A stretch of DNA of 64,000 bases, taken from Nostoc sp. DedSLP01. GTDB taxonomy: Bacteria; Cyanobacteriota; Cyanobacteriia; Cyanobacteriales; Nostocaceae. The stretch lies in the NCBI GenBank assembly GCA_034530875.2, contig JAVRCJ020000009.1:160001-224000 (forward strand), in the 5' to 3' direction. Numbering within the stretch: the first letter of the stretch is position 1; every line of letters begins with the position of its first letter. The translations under genes were made by a program, and so were the position numbers. This document shows positions 62,233 to 64,000 of the stretch, in pieces. The notes under the pieces were generated by a model. That model was given only the letters and a program-made list of their open reading frames with translations, was not told the DNA's origin and ran no database searches.

Positions 62233-64000
62233 CTAAGCAATCTTCAAATTAACTTGCACAACCAAATCGTTAAAATCTTGGTCGCCACCATTTGCTAAAT
62301 CCTCAATACCAAAGGTATTATTTGCCAACAGTCGAATGTGATCTGTCTTATCAGAGTTAGCGCCTAAGAATGCAAAATAAATCTTAGGGTCGTTATTGCT
62401 ATTCTTATCAAGAAACTTATCAATTTTGCCATTAACGATGAGAAACGGTGCAAATAGCGAATCAGCTTTGAAATTGCCAGTGGAAGAACCTGTACCTTGG
62501 TTGCTGACTGTCAAATCAATGTCTGTAATACGCATACGCACGGCGGCTTCTGCATAACCAGCGTCTCCCACAAGAATATCTGCTTTGCCATCATCATTAG
62601 TGTCAATACCACCACTCTCATCAGCTATCTCATAGAAGCCGATACAGTTGTTAAATGCAGCTTCTCTGAAAACCTTAAAATCAGCTTTTACCGATTGTTT
62701 CACTTCCCGCAAATCAATTAGTTCGCCTTCTTGTTTACCTTGCAAACCCGTACCCAAAGTTACTTGTTGATTTGTTGCTTGAACCGTAACAATCAAATTC
62801 TGGAAGTTGAGAGAAAATCCTTCGCTTTCTGTGCTGCTATCTGTAGCTGAAGAAAAAACGACATTTGAAAAAGAGGTTTTTCCAGACAATACAGCCTCAG
62901 TAGTACTATTAGATACCATATAGAATCGGAGTTTGGTATCAGAGTCAAATTCTAAGATGTTTGTTAAGTCGGTAATATTAAAACCATTAGGCAAATTTCC
63001 CAGTGAAGCTAAAATCACCTTTGAACGCAAAAGAGCCGCTTTTGCATAGCCTTCTGCACCCGGGGCTATGCCGTCAATTTTACCTTCATCATCATCAACA
63101 TTAAAGACACACAGTTCATCTACCTGTTTAGCTGTCTTGGTTTTAATCTTGATTGAGAGTTTTGCTTTATCACCTTTAATGTTGAGCTTAGTCTTAACAC
63201 TAAAGATATCGCCTGTAATTTTTGTCAGCAGGGTAATCGGCAGGATACTTAGATCTGTATTCTTTTCATCGACTGCAAGTGTAAATACATCGCTGGCTTC
63301 ATCTCCAGCAACATCTTTGGCAGTAACTTTGATGTTTAGACTACCTACATCGTCCTTTGTCGGAGTGCCGCTGAAAGTAAGGGTAGTAGGATTGAAGTTC
63401 AACCAAGTAGGCAGTAACTCATCATTTTCTAGAGTTGCAGTGTAAGTCAAGATATCCTTAGCATCGGCATCGCTGAAGGTATCATCTGGAACTGTGAAAT
63501 TGAAGACACTATCTTCGGTGGCTTCTCGATCTTCAATTTCATTCACCACTTCTGGAGCTTGATTGACTAAGTAACGACCGATCGCAAAGTCATAACCAGC
63601 GACATTATTCGTATCACCCGCCACCACTATCTTACCGTCAGATTGGACGAAAATGCCGCTGCCATAGTCGTTATTGCCGTTAAAGTCGCTAGTAAATTTA
63701 CCAGTATTATTGAAAGTAGTGTCGAGAGTACCATCGCTGTTATAACGAGCGATGGCGAAGTCATAGGTAGTACCGTTATTGCTAACTCCCGTCACCAGAA
63801 TTTTGCCGTCAGGCTGGACCGTGATGTTTGCAGCAGAATCATTCTTGCCGCTAAAGTCAGTAGTAACTTTACCAGTAGTGTTGAAAGTAGTGTCGAGAGT
63901 ACCATCGCTGTTATAACGGACGATGGCCAAGTCATCATTAATGCCGTCACCGCTAACTCCCGCCACCAGAATCTTGCCGTCAGATTGGATGGCAATGCTG
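62233..64000 (-). CDS. Large secreted repeat protein (Delta-60-type propeller repeats, cadherin-like/He_PIG domain, C-terminal DUF4114), 5'-truncated by the window edge
   Basis: QSDGKILVAG..IVRYNSDGTLDTTF repeats; NQAP..FNFTVPDDTFSDAD..LPTWLNFNP..FSGTP; FGIEDLANGGDQDFNDLVV. The frame is open to the window end. Confidence 0.88.
   Translation of the reverse strand, partial: SIAIQSDGKILVAGVSGDGINDDLAIVRYNSDGTLDTTFNTTGKVTTDFSGKNDSAANITVQPDGKILVTGVSNNGTTYDFAIARYNSDGTLDTTFNNTGKFTSDFNGNNDYGSGIFVQSDGKIVVAGDTNNVAGYDFAIGRYLVNQAPEVVNEIEDREATEDSVFNFTVPDDTFSDADAKDILTYTATLENDELLPTWLNFNPTTLTFSGTPTKDDVGSLNIKVTAKDVAGDEASDVFTLAVDEKNTDLSILPITLLTKITGDIFSVKTKLNIKGDKAKLSIKIKTKTAKQVDELCVFNVDDDEGKIDGIAPGAEGYAKAALLRSKVILASLGNLPNGFNITDLTNILEFDSDTKLRFYMVSNSTTEAVLSGKTSFSNVVFSSATDSSTESEGFSLNFQNLIVTVQATNQQVTLGTGLQGKQEGELIDLREVKQSVKADFKVFREAAFNNCIGFYEIADESGGIDTNDDGKADILVGDAGYAEAAVRMRITDIDLTVSNQGTGSSTGNFKADSLFAPFLIVNGKIDKFLDKNSNNDPKIYFAFLGANSDKTDHIRLLANNTFGIEDLANGGDQDFNDLVVQVNLKIA

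Larger units (their letters stand above)
1..64000. repeat. HIP1 octamer GCGATCGC dispersed across the window, plus multiple STRR heptamer arrays
   Basis: About 60-65 HIP1 by eye. STRR arrays include 165-200, 16905-16933, 28864-28903, 38829-38884, 43067-43178, 44354-44395, 47981-48010, 50200-50242 and 57793-57830. Confidence 0.95.

Noticed and set aside
960..63445. Many short antisense or overlapping ORFs in the track (for example 4934-5332, 6228-6716, 13654-14040, 32123-32536, 63068-63445)
   Set aside because: Shadow frames of well-supported genes, with no motifs of their own.

Overview
This window is chromosomal DNA from a filamentous, probably heterocyst-forming cyanobacterium (Nostoc/Anabaena type). 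The evidence is about 60-65 HIP1 octamers (GCGATCGC, counted by eye), many heptamer STRR arrays, a devBCA glycolipid exporter, pcyA, psbP and Fd-GOGAT. Most of it is core genome: glsF, lepB, a class A PBP, tyrS, pyrF, a family-4 UDG, uvrC, a PLP aminotransferase, trxB, ribD, devBCA, pcyA, maf, psbP, dapB and cobH. Small accessory inserts include DUF29, a SAM methyltransferase, a PEP-CTERM protein, tandem Ser/Thr kinases, Uma2, a beta-helix protein and a VapBC-type TA pair with an orphan ORF. The right end holds an HlyB/HlyD type I secretion pair downstream of a truncated Delta-60/cadherin/DUF4114 repeat protein. I found no rRNA, tRNA, CRISPR array, transposase or prophage. The best signals outside the ORF track are: (1) a ~170-nt minus-strand sRNA candidate between psbP and dapB, with an HLR1 (RpaB) motif over its promoter and an intrinsic terminator, resembling PsrR1; (2) a complete class II NtcA promoter ~670 nt upstream of devB; (3) an orphan metal-binding lipoprotein behind a Zur-like box whose His ligands appear substituted; (4) several families of small dispersed or nested repeats, some translated inside core enzymes; (5) a 59-aa ORF below the track cutoff. 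I cannot support a wholly new multi-gene system from the sequence alone.
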